A stretch of 64,000 nt of DNA from Nitrososphaerales archaeon (lineage in GTDB: Archaea > Thermoproteota > Nitrososphaeria_A > Caldarchaeales > Wolframiiraptoraceae). Positions 49,602 through 59,336 of this stretch are shown here, one piece after another. Position 1 is the first letter of the stretch. Each line of letters begins with the position of its first letter. Made by a program: the position numbers and the translations under genes. The stretch is from NCBI GenBank assembly GCA_023269855.1, contig JAGDWP010000050.1, forward strand, positions 8,503-72,502. The letters run 5' to 3'. The notes beneath the pieces are model-generated. The model was not told the origin of the DNA, did not search any database, and saw nothing but the letters and a program-made list of their open reading frames with translations.

Positions 49602-50747
49602 TCATATATTGCTTAATGCGTTATCGATGTCTTCGATTAAGTCTTCAATGTCTTCTAATCCTACTGATAAACGTAATAAGTCTTCTGTTATACCTAATTT
49701 CTCTCTAACATCTCTAGGCATAGTTAATGCTGCACTGATAATTGGATATGTGAGTATCGATTCAGCACCTCCTAGACTTGGAGCAGGCTTGATTATCTTC
49801 AAGCTGTTCATCAACTTTCTTACTTCTTCTTCACCGCCTCTTATTCTGAAGCTTACTACTCCGCCGAAGCCTTTTTTGAATAGTTTTCGAGCTAGGTTAT
49901 GATATTTATTGTTAGGTAGACCAGGATATAGAACTTCTTTGATCTTTGGGTGGTCTTCAAGATATTCAGCAATGATTTGAGCATTCTTACAATGCTTCTC
50001 CATTCTCAGCTCAAAAGTCTTTAACCCTCTCATTATCAAGAATGCTTCAAAGGGTGGAAGGATTGTTCCAAGCATTCTTCTCCAATCCCATATCTGTAGT
50101 ATTTTTTCTCTTCTCGATATTACAGCTCCACCAACTACGTCATTATGTCCTGCTAGATATTTAGTTAAGCTGTGGATTATTATCTCTACTCCATCTCTGG
50201 ATGGTTTATATAGGTAGGGTGTAGCAAAAGTATTGTCTACAGCAAGTATTGTATTGTTCTCTTTACATACTTTCGATATTTCAGGGACGTCGAATACTCT
50301 TAAAGTTGGATTCGTCATAGTCTCAATCAAGACTAGTCTTGTGTTCTTATCTATAGATTCGATTATATTTTCTGTTTCAGGCCATGAGGTCTTGACTTCA
50401 ACTCCGAAATCTCTAAGCTTCTCTCCTAATTGAAGAGTAGTTCCATAAGATTCAGCTGATAAAACTATTTTATCACTTTTCTTAAGTGTTGAAAAGTATA
50501 TCGTGGAGATAGCTGCCATACCGCTGGAGAAACAGAGAGAGTCTTCACCATCCTCTAATTCTGCTAATATATTTTCTAATGCTTTTACTGTTGGGTTCTC
50601 CTCCCTACTGTACTTTAAATCAACCCCTCTATCGGTTTTCCGAGTCCATCCAGGCTGCTCAAAGATAGCTGTCTGATATATGGGCGGGATAAATACTCCT
50701 AAGACTTCATCTCTATATTTATGTCCATGAATAGATCTTGTCTGCAG
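49602..50747 (-). CDS. Cys/Met metabolism PLP enzyme (cystathionine gamma-synthase/lyase family), probable CTG start
   Basis: Conserved N-terminus QTRSIHG..PPIYQTA..YSREENPT..FSSGMAAI continues in frame 76 codons upstream of the track ORF; DNTFATP, SLTKY, SLGG, RLSVGLE. Confidence 0.9.
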   Translation of the reverse strand: MQTRSIHGHKYRDEVLGVFIPPIYQTAIFEQPGWTRKTDRGVDLKYSREENPTVKALENILAELEDGEDSLCFSSGMAAISTIYFSTLKKSDKIVLSAESYGTTLQLGEKLRDFGVEVKTSWPETENIIESIDKNTRLVLIETMTNPTLRVFDVPEISKVCKENNTILAVDNTFATPYLYKPSRDGVEIIIHSLTKYLAGHNDVVGGAVISRREKILQIWDWRRMLGTILPPFEAFLIMRGLKTFELRMEKHCKNAQIIAEYLEDHPKIKEVLYPGLPNNKYHNLARKLFKKGFGGVVSFRIRGGEEEVRKLMNSLKIIKPAPSLGGAESILTYPIISAALTMPRDVREKLGITEDLLRLSVGLEDIEDLIEDIDNALSNI

Positions 50748-50889
50748 GGCTGATTAAGTATCTATCTAGCCAGGATATATATTTTTCCCTGTCATCCTCA
50801 GATTCTCCAAAGAGACATAACGATTATGAGCGAAAAGAAACAGAATTTTCAATTGTAATTGTAAGCGAATAACTCTGCTAGTGGTTATT

Positions 50890-52128
50890 TCATGCTTTTG
50901 TAGCTGTAGCTATTTCATTCAACGCTGTTGTTAAGTAGTCTATTTCTTCTTTATTATTGTATAGGTAAAGGCTTGCTCTAACCGTTCCTTCAATGTTCAA
51001 TCGTTGATGGAGTGGGTGAGCACAATGTTTACCCGTTCTTACAGCTACACCATAACCGTCTAGTAAACTACCAACTATATTCGAGTCCAGCTCTTTAATA
51101 TTGAATGCAATTATTCCACCACGATCCGATATGTTGTTTGGACCGTAAATAGTTATGGCGTCTCCTAATTCAGATAATCTCTTTAGAGTGTAGTCGGTTA
51201 GTTCTTCTTCATATTTTCTTACGTTATCCATTCCTATTCTCTCTAAATAGTCTACTGCTGCACCAAGCCCTAATACTCCAGCTATATGGGGTGTTCCTGC
51301 TTCGAAGCGGTGTGGTGGATCCAGGAGAACAAAATCTCTTAAAGTTACTTCTCTGATGGCTCCTCCACCAAGCCTGAATGGAGATAATTCTCCTAGAAAG
51401 TCTCTTTTAACCCACAGTATTCCTACACCTGTAGGCCCAAGCATCTTGTGTCCACTGAATGCGAGGAAGTCGATTTCCAATTCTCTAACATTTACAGGCA
51501 TGTGTGGTACTGATTGTGCTCCATCCACTATTATGACTCCGCCTACTTCATGTATTCTCCTCGCAATATTCCTAACGTCAACTATTGTTCCGAGAACGTT
51601 AGACATATGAGTGACTGAAACTATCTTAGTTTTCTCACTTATTTTTTCATCTAGCTCATTACGATTAATTAATCCATCGTTTGTGATGTCTATATAGTTT
51701 ATTTTAGCTCCCGTCATAGAGGACATCATCATCCATGGGAGAATATTGCTATGATGCTCCATGACTGTTAAGAGAATTTCATCTCCAGGCTTCAGTATTC
51801 TTAGAGCATAACTGTATGCCAGCATATTGAGGGAATCGGTGGTTCCATATGTGAAGATTATCTCTTCAGGACTATATGCATTTATGAATTTTGCAACCTT
51901 TTCTCTAACATCCTCATATCTTGAGGTAGCTTGTTGACTAAGAAGATGGACTCCACGATGAACATTGCTATACTCGTTTAGATAAAATTCTCTTATCGTT
52001 TCTATAACTTGGATAGGTTTAAGAGATGAAGCAGCACTATCAAGATAGATTAAACGTCCGCCTCTTATCTTCTTCTTCAAGATAGGGAAATCCTCACGTA
52101 TCTCTTCAACTTTAAGGGACGGCATCAT
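50890..52128 (-). CDS. sufS: Group II cysteine desulfurase
   Basis: YLDSAA, NVHRG, MEHHSN, DGAQS, SGHKMLGP, RTGKHCA. Confidence 0.95.
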   Translation of the reverse strand: MMPSLKVEEIREDFPILKKKIRGGRLIYLDSAASSLKPIQVIETIREFYLNEYSNVHRGVHLLSQQATSRYEDVREKVAKFINAYSPEEIIFTYGTTDSLNMLAYSYALRILKPGDEILLTVMEHHSNILPWMMMSSMTGAKINYIDITNDGLINRNELDEKISEKTKIVSVTHMSNVLGTIVDVRNIARRIHEVGGVIIVDGAQSVPHMPVNVRELEIDFLAFSGHKMLGPTGVGILWVKRDFLGELSPFRLGGGAIREVTLRDFVLLDPPHRFEAGTPHIAGVLGLGAAVDYLERIGMDNVRKYEEELTDYTLKRLSELGDAITIYGPNNISDRGGIIAFNIKELDSNIVGSLLDGYGVAVRTGKHCAHPLHQRLNIEGTVRASLYLYNNKEEIDYLTTALNEIATATKA

Positions 52129-52130
52129 CC

Positions 52131-52166
52131 TTGAGAAGCATAATCGGAAATATAAGAGCTTCTCAA
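52131..52166. promoter_or_regulatory. Candidate operator: 9-bp inverted repeat bracketing the sufS TATA box
   Basis: TTGAGAAGC (52131-52139), N18 containing TTATAT on the minus strand, GCTTCTCAA (52158-52166). Confidence 0.4.
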
Positions 52167-52295
52167 CAACTATCCTTCTTGTATCACTTCTGAAGATTCA
52201 AGCACTAAAACAGGTAACTATGATATTATAGATTCCGCTATGAATAACCTGCAAGTTGCTCCAGATTATTTGAAGAAGTATTCAGGGTTGAGGGG

Positions 52296-52535
52296 CTACT
52301 TAGAGTAGATGACGGTTACTTTTGTCCCGTTTTTCTCAACTATTTCAAACTTTAAGTTCCTCTTGTTTGCAAGCATCTCCAAAACTTTCAAGGGTACTTC
52401 TCTTTCATCCGATGTTACTCTCAACACTGCTTTTCCTTCTTCTACTCTTGCTAGTAACTGTGTTAATCTTATCACAGGATTTTCTGTACATCCAGGCTTT
52501 CTCTCTCTAAGATCTACAGAGTATTCATCCATCAT
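52296..52535 (-). CDS. TusA/SirA-like small protein
   Basis: VDLR...GCTENP (variant of CPxP); TusA-like length and pattern; coupled to iscU. Confidence 0.6.
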   Translation of the reverse strand: MMDEYSVDLRERKPGCTENPVIRLTQLLARVEEGKAVLRVTSDEREVPLKVLEMLANKRNLKFEIVEKNGTKVTVIYSK

Positions 52536-53029
52536 GGTACCGTTCCGTATTTCCGATATAATCTCTCAATTAACTCTTCTTCCTCTAATGCTTGCCTTTC
52601 TTCTTTACTCAAATCCCTTGGAAGCCATTCAGGATGTTCTTTCCTGACTTCTTCAAAGTATCTTCTAATCGCTCTTTTCAATCCTCCAACAGCTAGGATA
52701 CTGCAATGATATTTTATAGATGGTAGTCCGCCAAGCTCATTTGTTACATCTTCCCAAGTTATATCCCATGCTTCTTTCAGAGTCTTGTTCTTCACCATCT
52801 CAGTAATGATACTTGCAGCGGCAATATTCGCTGCACATCCATAACTCTCAAACGATGCATCAATTATTTTATCTCCATTGATCTTTAGATATATTGTGAT
52901 TACGTCACCGCATGCAGGGCTTCCAGCTTGAGATGAAACGGATGCATCTTCCATTCTACCTAGATTCTTAGGATTCCTGAAGAGCTCAAGGATTTTAGGA
53001 GTATATATTAAGGGGGTTCTCGTGCTCAT
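52532..53029 (-). CDS. iscU: Fe-S scaffold IscU/NifU-N
   Basis: FRNPKN.G, PACGD, YGCAA, LGGLP.IK.HC. Confidence 0.93.
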   Translation of the reverse strand: MSTRTPLIYTPKILELFRNPKNLGRMEDASVSSQAGSPACGDVITIYLKINGDKIIDASFESYGCAANIAAASIITEMVKNKTLKEAWDITWEDVTNELGGLPSIKYHCSILAVGGLKRAIRRYFEEVRKEHPEWLPRDLSKEERQALEEEELIERLYRKYGTVP

Positions 53030-54273
53030 GCTTCCACCGTCTTCTTCAAAGCTATCCTACTTTCTCTAGCTAATGGGCTCATTATTCTAAGCTTCTCAAT
53101 CGCTGGTGGAATTTGTGATAAAACGTATTCTATGTCTTCTTCAGTTTGATACCTTGACACCTTGAACAGGATACTTCCATGGGCTTCTTCATGTTTTCTT
53201 CCAATAGCTAATATTACATGGCTTGGTTCTAAGACCCTGCTCGTGCAGGCGCTCCCACTTGAAACGTAGATTCCTCTCAAGCTTAACTCTACAGTGATTG
53301 ATTCTCCTTCAACATAGAGAAAGCTAACATTCAAATTATCTGGAGCCCTCTTTTCCCCCATAGGACCATTCAATAATACATCCGGGACATTTTCCAGAAT
53401 TCCATGCATTAATCTATCTCTAAGCTTCTTCATTTTCTCAATGTTATAGTCAAAGTTGCTGAAGGCTAATTCTACAGCTTTTTTAAAGCCTGCTAATGCA
53501 GGAGTATTCTCTACACCTGGCCACATTCTCTGCGTGCTTAAAGCTCCATGCATTACAGGTTTAAGCTTGACATCTTCTCGAGCATACAGTATTCCGATAC
53601 CTTTTGGACCATGAATCTTATGGCTACTCAATGTTAACAAGTCTACTCCAAGTTCTTCAACATCTATCTTCATTCTACCGTAAGCATCTACTGCATCAGT
53701 ATGGAAGATTATTTTATCGTTTTTGTCTTTAACTGTTTCTACAAGAGTTTTTATGTCTTGAATTGTCCCAATTTCATGATTTACCATCTGTATGCTTACC
53801 ATCAACGTCTCATGGTCGATTAGCATGCTTAACAAGTCTGGGTCTACGAATCCTTCCTTATCTACTGGTACTGTTACAACTCTGTAGCCATGTTCTTCCA
53901 GAGATCTTGCTGGGAATAGGACGCTTACATGCTCTATAGCCGAAGTTATAATCTTGTTTCTTTCTTTACCTCTAGCTAGTGCTCCCCCTATGATAGCTAG
54001 ATTATTTGCTTCAGTCCCACTATGGGTTAAGATTAATTCACCACCTCTGGCATTAATAGTCTTTGATACTTCTTCCAGCGTTGATTCCACGACTTCATAT
54101 GCTTCCCATCCAGGCAAGTTTGTTATCGATGGGTGCCCATATCCTTTCTGGTTAAAATATGGAAGCATCGCTTCTACAACTTCTGGAGGAACCCATCCTG
54201 AATTCTCATGATCGAGGTATACTTCTCTAACTGGTTTACCATGATATTTTATGAATTCTGATACTTTAGGCAT
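53026..54273 (-). CDS. iscS: Divergent group I cysteine desulfurase (IscS/NifS-like)
   Basis: SGTEANN, IEH, SSHKIHGPKG, SSGSACTS; several substrate motifs are altered; ATG at 54273 preferred. Confidence 0.85.
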   Translation of the reverse strand: MPKVSEFIKYHGKPVREVYLDHENSGWVPPEVVEAMLPYFNQKGYGHPSITNLPGWEAYEVVESTLEEVSKTINARGGELILTHSGTEANNLAIIGGALARGKERNKIITSAIEHVSVLFPARSLEEHGYRVVTVPVDKEGFVDPDLLSMLIDHETLMVSIQMVNHEIGTIQDIKTLVETVKDKNDKIIFHTDAVDAYGRMKIDVEELGVDLLTLSSHKIHGPKGIGILYAREDVKLKPVMHGALSTQRMWPGVENTPALAGFKKAVELAFSNFDYNIEKMKKLRDRLMHGILENVPDVLLNGPMGEKRAPDNLNVSFLYVEGESITVELSLRGIYVSSGSACTSRVLEPSHVILAIGRKHEEAHGSILFKVSRYQTEEDIEYVLSQIPPAIEKLRIMSPLARESRIALKKTVEA

Positions 54274-54415
54274 GTTCTTCAATAACGTAGTTATATTAGC
54301 CTCATATAAACATATCAACTTAACTTATTTTTGATGATGTATCGGTGCTGTCAAATAGTTTTGAATTATTAAGCATTTATCGGCGAGCTCAGTTTCTAGA
54401 ATAACTTCCTAGTTA

Positions 54416-55132
54416 TTAATCCTCCATTAATTCTATTTCCTGGATAAAGTCTCCATGCCATGAGTGGTACCAGACATCTCCTGAAAATCCATTAACACTC
54501 AGCATTCCATGAACTACACCATCGAGCTTGTAATCCAGCGTATAGTATCCATAGAAAATTGTTGGTTTTTCAACATCTATTTCTCGACCTGGAAAGACCT
54601 GTGAGAGATATTTGTATGCGATTTTAACTGCTTCTTCACTTGAAACAGGCATCTCATAAGGATAAGCAAAAGTCCATTGACCCATCATACCCTGCATTCT
54701 ATTATGCATCCCATATTTTAGATTCCACATCATATTCGGACCAGGCTCAGGGCTTATCACACCAGTATATGGATCGATGATTAATTCGAAAGCACCCCAC
54801 CCAGTCTCATCTTCAGCTGCGATTGCATAGAAGTTGTTGCTAAACTCCATTATTTCAATTATGGATAATCCTCTCCATCTAGAGATATAAGCCTCTAACT
54901 TTTCTCGTACATCATAAATGCTTAATCTTTCCTGAGTGTTTTGAGAGTATCCCCTAGGTTGATACAGTCCATAATGCATAGGGCATCCCTGCCACCAATT
55001 CATCATACCATATGGAGGGTTAGATGTCTGAGCAGCCACTGTATTTATCCATAAGACAATACTTACTGAAATAATTAGTAGTGAGATCAGAACGATTCCT
55101 ATTATGAGAAATCTTCTATTAGGATTGCTCAT
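54416..55132 (-). CDS. Membrane-anchored/secreted Met/His-rich protein (PepSY-like repeats)
   Basis: N-terminal TM; GMM motifs; PEPGPNMMWN.KYGMH; FYGYYT; WYHSWHG.F. Confidence 0.75.
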   Translation of the reverse strand: MSNPNRRFLIIGIVLISLLIISVSIVLWINTVAAQTSNPPYGMMNWWQGCPMHYGLYQPRGYSQNTQERLSIYDVREKLEAYISRWRGLSIIEIMEFSNNFYAIAAEDETGWGAFELIIDPYTGVISPEPGPNMMWNLKYGMHNRMQGMMGQWTFAYPYEMPVSSEEAVKIAYKYLSQVFPGREIDVEKPTIFYGYYTLDYKLDGVVHGMLSVNGFSGDVWYHSWHGDFIQEIELMED

Positions 55133-55141
55133 GCTCTCACC

Positions 55142-55345
55142 TTAGCAACAATGTGAGTGAGATGAATGCCTATGCTTCTCTTCAGCAGCTTCTTTTTCAA
55201 CGTATTTTTCAGGGTTTCTTTCAAACTCTCTTCTACAATCCTCTGAGCAGAAGTAGTATGTAGTTCCCTCATATATAATTGAGAGTGAATTCTTCTCGAC
55301 AGCCATTTTACAAACAGGATCTGTAAATTTCTTCTTCCCAAACAC
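55142..55345 (-). CDS. YHS/TRASH metal-binding protein with His/Cys tail
   Basis: DPVCKM..YEGTTYYFCS..C..F...PEKY; tail HRHSSHSHCC. Confidence 0.88.
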   Translation of the reverse strand: MFGKKKFTDPVCKMAVEKNSLSIIYEGTTYYFCSEDCRREFERNPEKYVEKEAAEEKHRHSSHSHCC

Positions 55346-55519
55346 TTCTAATCAAGTAGTATATCGTTAGGCATCTATTTTTGGAGAACGTATTTTTCAT
55401 CACTAAATGTAGCGTTTTGTAATCTCATCAATATTCCTGAAAGAAAAAGTATATTACATATTCGTTAAAGATTAGTTTTTATTTAAGGATCTTACTTTTA
55501 AAGCTATATCATTTAGAGG

Positions 55520-56053
55520 TTATGGACCTTCTTTTATCTCGATTACTACTGCGTGGTCGCTTAGGGAAAAGTATGCATTTATTCCTATTCTTTCGAAGAT
55601 CGGTTGGATGAAGTGGGCGATGAATAGGGAGCCTTTACCGCCCAGAGTATGCATGAGAGTTATTACTTTCTTTTCATCTTTGTCTACTTCATTGTATTCA
55701 AAGAGGTTAGCATAGATGGATAGACTCCGCAAGTATTCAAGTACGGTTTCAAGGTTTAGTGTTCCATGTTTAGCTAATATGAATGGTTCTGAGACTTCTT
55801 TCCCCGCATTATAGCTAGCTCGTATAACCGCTTCATCAGGTATAGCTTCTAGTATATATCGTAATGCGAGACTAGACAATCGGATGAAATTAAACTTCTT
55901 AGCATATTTATCAAAGTTTGTATATGATAAAATTATCTGATTTACAAGAGTATTCACACTAATATTCTGTGTTTGAGCTTCTTCCTGTAATGCTTTTAGA
56001 GATAGCTCGCTTATCCTAAAAGACCGTGTAACAGTTCTGTCAGATCTTATCAA
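55520..56053 (-). CDS. Ribbon-helix-helix regulator with C-terminal sensor-like domain
   Basis: N-terminal TRSFRI...L.EEA....SVNTLVNQI RHH pattern. Confidence 0.7.
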   Translation of the reverse strand: MIRSDRTVTRSFRISELSLKALQEEAQTQNISVNTLVNQIILSYTNFDKYAKKFNFIRLSSLALRYILEAIPDEAVIRASYNAGKEVSEPFILAKHGTLNLETVLEYLRSLSIYANLFEYNEVDKDEKKVITLMHTLGGKGSLFIAHFIQPIFERIGINAYFSLSDHAVVIEIKEGP

Positions 56054-56148
56054 GACTGTGGATAAATCTTTCGCAGGGATATAAAAATATTAATGTAGGA
56101 GAGAAAAGGTTAAGAAACTCGTCTTATCAATAAACTCTGGTGTAGCAA

Positions 56149-56295
56149 ATGGCTATAGATCCTGTTTGTGGAATGAATGTTGATGAGAAGAAGGCAAAGT
56201 ATGTTTCAGAATACAAAGCTAGGAGATACTATTTCTGTTCATCAACATGCAAAAATTTGTTCGATAAAGATCCTCAGAAATACGTAAAATCATAG
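56149..56295 (+). CDS. 48-aa YHS/TRASH metal chaperone (not in ORF track)
   Basis: MAIDPVCGMNVDEKKAKYVSEYKARRYYFCSSTCKNLFDKDPQKYVKS. Confidence 0.9.
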   Translation: MAIDPVCGMNVDEKKAKYVSEYKARRYYFCSSTCKNLFDKDPQKYVKS

Positions 56296-56310
56296 TTGAA
56301 TCAATCTAGT

Positions 56311-56562
56311 CTACTTTCGTATGGTTATTTTCCATAATGCTTCTTCTAAACGCTCAAGGGTGAGTACTTGACATCCTTTTCTGATAGCTGCCTCCTTTAT
56401 CGTTTCACATGATGGTTGATTATCAAATAGTACTTCTAATACTTCTCCTTCCTTAATCTTATCTAATGCTTTAACAGTATATAACACTGGGTATGGACAG
56501 GGAAGCCCTATTATCTTTAGGATATATCTACCTGATTCAAGCTGAACCAATTCTACTACCAT
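56311..56562 (-). CDS. tusA: Sulfurtransferase TusA/SirA family
   Basis: GLPCPYP, GEVLEV..D, W...IRK; overlaps the sulfite reductase stop. Confidence 0.9.
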   Translation of the reverse strand: MVVELVQLESGRYILKIIGLPCPYPVLYTVKALDKIKEGEVLEVLFDNQPSCETIKEAAIRKGCQVLTLERLEEALWKITIRK

Positions 56563-58027
56563 AATTGTATCCTCTCCTCATCAATTCATCAGCAAATTCA
56601 TTAAAGTTTTCATAACTACTTTCAATAAATAATCTGAGTATATCTTCTACTACCAAGGATACATGCTCAGACGGGATATTCTTCACTAATAATTTCGCAA
56701 GCTTTGAATTACTTCCACGTACGTATAAGTTGTAGCATGTAATAGTCTTTTCATTCTCTCTAATTATAGTCGATTGTAGACCAATGTCGGAGACGATGTG
56801 CTGAGCACAACTGTTCGGGCATCCACTAATAGATATAGTTATGTCCAGTTTACTTATCTGATCTTTTAATTCATCTTCTAAGTTCTTTAGTAGAGTGACC
56901 GCTCTCATCTTACTACTCTCACTAGTTTTACCGCAGAAATCGCTTGGACAAGCTCTCACTCTATATTTAATTAACGGTTGACCAGGGTCTAACCCTATCT
57001 CCTTCAGTTCTTCTTTAACTCTATCAAGTTCTTCTCTTGGAATGTGGGGAATTATTATTTTCTGTGAAGGAGACACCCTAATCTCAGAACTATATCTTTC
57101 AGATATGTTGATTATCTCTTTAAACTGGTGAACATTTAATAGCCCTGTAAAAGTAGGAACGGTCAAGGAGTATAACCCTTGAATATTTTCAGGCACTATT
57201 ATATCATGCTCTCTCCAAACAATGGATAGGTAGCTAGCGTCAAATATTGGAAAAGGTTTACCTATACGTTCCTCTATCATATCTTTTATCTTTTCAACAC
57301 CTAATTCTTTTACAAGCCATTTGAACCTTGACATGCTCTTTCTTTCTCTGAACCCATGTTCGTTATAGATTTCTACAACGGTTTTAATAAATTCGAGAGA
57401 TTCTCGTAGTGGAATAAAGATGTTCAGTGGTTGTGCTATGAATGGTGGGTAACCTATGCTTCCACCTATAAACGGTGTGAAACCTAACCCATGATCTGTC
57501 TTTACAGCGATTAATGCTAGATCGTTTACTTCAGGTTTAATGCAATGGATTGGGCATGCTGAAATCCCTATCTTAAATTTTCTCGGTAGGTTAAGGTATT
57601 CTTTCTTTCCAGTAAAAAATCTGACTACATCTCTAACTATTGTATATGTTTCGAATAATTCACCATTCTGGATCCCTGTAAATGGGCATGTTGTTATATT
57701 TCTGATATCACCGTACCCTGCCTTCGGATAATGTTGACCACACATATCTGTGTATAATCCAGCTTCTTCAAGCTTGCTAAAAACTTCGATAGAGTCTTCA
57801 TCCCTAATCCAATGAAGCTGTATATTATGTCTAGTGGTAACTTCAAGATATCCTCTACCATATTTTTCTGATAATTCAGCAATTGTCCTCGCTTGGTCTA
57901 TTGTTAAGATCCCTCCTACAACCTTTATGCGGAGGAAGTGTTTAGAGCCATTTCCAGATTCAGAGCCTAAAGCGTATCTTCCAAGAAATCTATCTAGTTC
58001 ACTTACCTGGATCTGTAGGTTTGCCAC
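56537..58027 (-). CDS. Ferredoxin-dependent sulfite/nitrite reductase (siroheme type)
   Basis: TTRHNIQLH, RNITTCP, LPRKFKI, ACPSDFC and SGCPNSC cluster ligands; GTG start. Confidence 0.9.
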   Translation of the reverse strand: MANLQIQVSELDRFLGRYALGSESGNGSKHFLRIKVVGGILTIDQARTIAELSEKYGRGYLEVTTRHNIQLHWIRDEDSIEVFSKLEEAGLYTDMCGQHYPKAGYGDIRNITTCPFTGIQNGELFETYTIVRDVVRFFTGKKEYLNLPRKFKIGISACPIHCIKPEVNDLALIAVKTDHGLGFTPFIGGSIGYPPFIAQPLNIFIPLRESLEFIKTVVEIYNEHGFRERKSMSRFKWLVKELGVEKIKDMIEERIGKPFPIFDASYLSIVWREHDIIVPENIQGLYSLTVPTFTGLLNVHQFKEIINISERYSSEIRVSPSQKIIIPHIPREELDRVKEELKEIGLDPGQPLIKYRVRACPSDFCGKTSESSKMRAVTLLKNLEDELKDQISKLDITISISGCPNSCAQHIVSDIGLQSTIIRENEKTITCYNLYVRGSNSKLAKLLVKNIPSEHVSLVVEDILRLFIESSYENFNEFADELMRRGYNYGSRIGSA

Positions 58028-58053
58028 CCCGGTTGTTTGTATTCATAACACCG

Positions 58054-58066
58054 TTATATAAATATA
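58054..58066. promoter_or_regulatory. Shared bidirectional TATA region between the sulfite reductase and cysteine-synthase-like genes
   Basis: TTATATAAATATA lies in a 57-nt gap, about 20-30 nt from both GTG 58027 (-) and TTG 58085 (+); overlapped by the ATAAC-N3-GTTAT palindrome (58045-58057). Confidence 0.5.
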
Positions 58067-58084
58067 TTCGTCCTACGCAATAAA

Positions 58085-59269
58085 TTGGAAAAAGTGAACA
58101 ATAATTATGGTGAATTGGAAACTAATAACTTGATGATCTCAAGACCGCTCATCGAAGACATTATAGAATGCTTAAGGAGGGACTACCTAAAACCTATGAA
58201 AAATAAGGTTATAAAACTTAATGATGTCTCAATCATCGTTAAACTCGAGTATCCTGAAGACTTCTTGACTGATCCTTTGAGAACTATAAAGCGGAAACCT
58301 GCTAGCCTACTCTTTGAGGATGTATTTAGTAAAGGGTTGCTTAAACAAGGAAGAACAATTATCACTGCTTCTTCAGGTAATTTTTTGAGAGAGCTAGCTC
58401 TAATAGCTCTCAACCGTGGATTTAAGATTATAGGTGTTACACCTCCGAGGATTCCATATGAAAGCTTAAAGATCTTAACATCACTTGGAGTCAACATACT
58501 CCATATTAGTGAAGAATATGATCTGTGTCCAAGAGAGACGACAGTTTTCTATACTAGAAGCTTAGCTGAGAGGTATAGATTCAATCTTGTAAACATAGAC
58601 CAGTATAATAGCTGGCAAAATGTTATGGCCCATTTGTACATGACATGGAATGAAATAAAAGACCTCGGAGAAATAGATTATGCCTGCATACCTCTAGGAA
58701 GTACTGGAACATTCATGGGAATTACTACTGGGTCTAATCTCGAAAAATGGGATATGAAAATTATAGGAGTCCAGCCAACAAAATATCATCATATTCCAGG
58801 CGTCCATCACATAGTTGGAGATTGCGAATGGAGTCCGGAAATATTCACTCCTCTAATCAGTAGAGAAATAGTAACAGTCGACGACGTCGATGCGTATGCT
58901 GGCTTAATAATGTTATGGAAGAACGGTATACCTGCAGGTCCATCAACAGGAATGACCTTCATCCAAGCAGTTAAGCTTGCTGAAAAAGTTAAAGAAGGCA
59001 GGATCCTAACCATATCCGCGGACAGCATCTTTGCTTACAGAGATTATGTACTAGAATACGTAAAGGAGATAAAAGAACAGATAATTGATAGATATCCTGA
59101 ACTAGCTGAAGAATACGTAAGATATGTTGAATGGTTAAAGAAGCTTCCAGGCCTCGATCAAAGAATGGAATTGATTAAGAAATTATATAGGGTGGCGGAT
59201 GAAGCCGGTAGAGTTTACAGATTTGATAATGAAGAAGATTTGCTGAAAGAGATAAAGATATCAACTTAA
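58085..59269 (+). CDS. Divergent cysteine synthase-like PLP enzyme (fold type II)
   Basis: KLEY..TIKRKPA (PLP Lys), ASSGNF, DQYNS..N..AH, LGSTGT, GPSTG. Confidence 0.8.
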   Translation: MEKVNNNYGELETNNLMISRPLIEDIIECLRRDYLKPMKNKVIKLNDVSIIVKLEYPEDFLTDPLRTIKRKPASLLFEDVFSKGLLKQGRTIITASSGNFLRELALIALNRGFKIIGVTPPRIPYESLKILTSLGVNILHISEEYDLCPRETTVFYTRSLAERYRFNLVNIDQYNSWQNVMAHLYMTWNEIKDLGEIDYACIPLGSTGTFMGITTGSNLEKWDMKIIGVQPTKYHHIPGVHHIVGDCEWSPEIFTPLISREIVTVDDVDAYAGLIMLWKNGIPAGPSTGMTFIQAVKLAEKVKEGRILTISADSIFAYRDYVLEYVKEIKEQIIDRYPELAEEYVRYVEWLKKLPGLDQRMELIKKLYRVADEAGRVYRFDNEEDLLKEIKIST

Positions 59270-59336
59270 AAATGTGGAGGAGGGAAAAAGTTATAAGCAA
59301 GAAAAATTTGATGAATGACCTAGGAGGTTAGGAGAA

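Noticed and set aside
55129-55341. 70-aa alternative-frame ORF over the YHS gene
   Set aside because: The overlapping frame 55142-55345 carries the clear YHS motif.
58045-58057. SurR binding site
   Set aside because: The palindrome is AAC-N3-GTT, the reverse arrangement of the SurR GTT-N3-AAC consensus.
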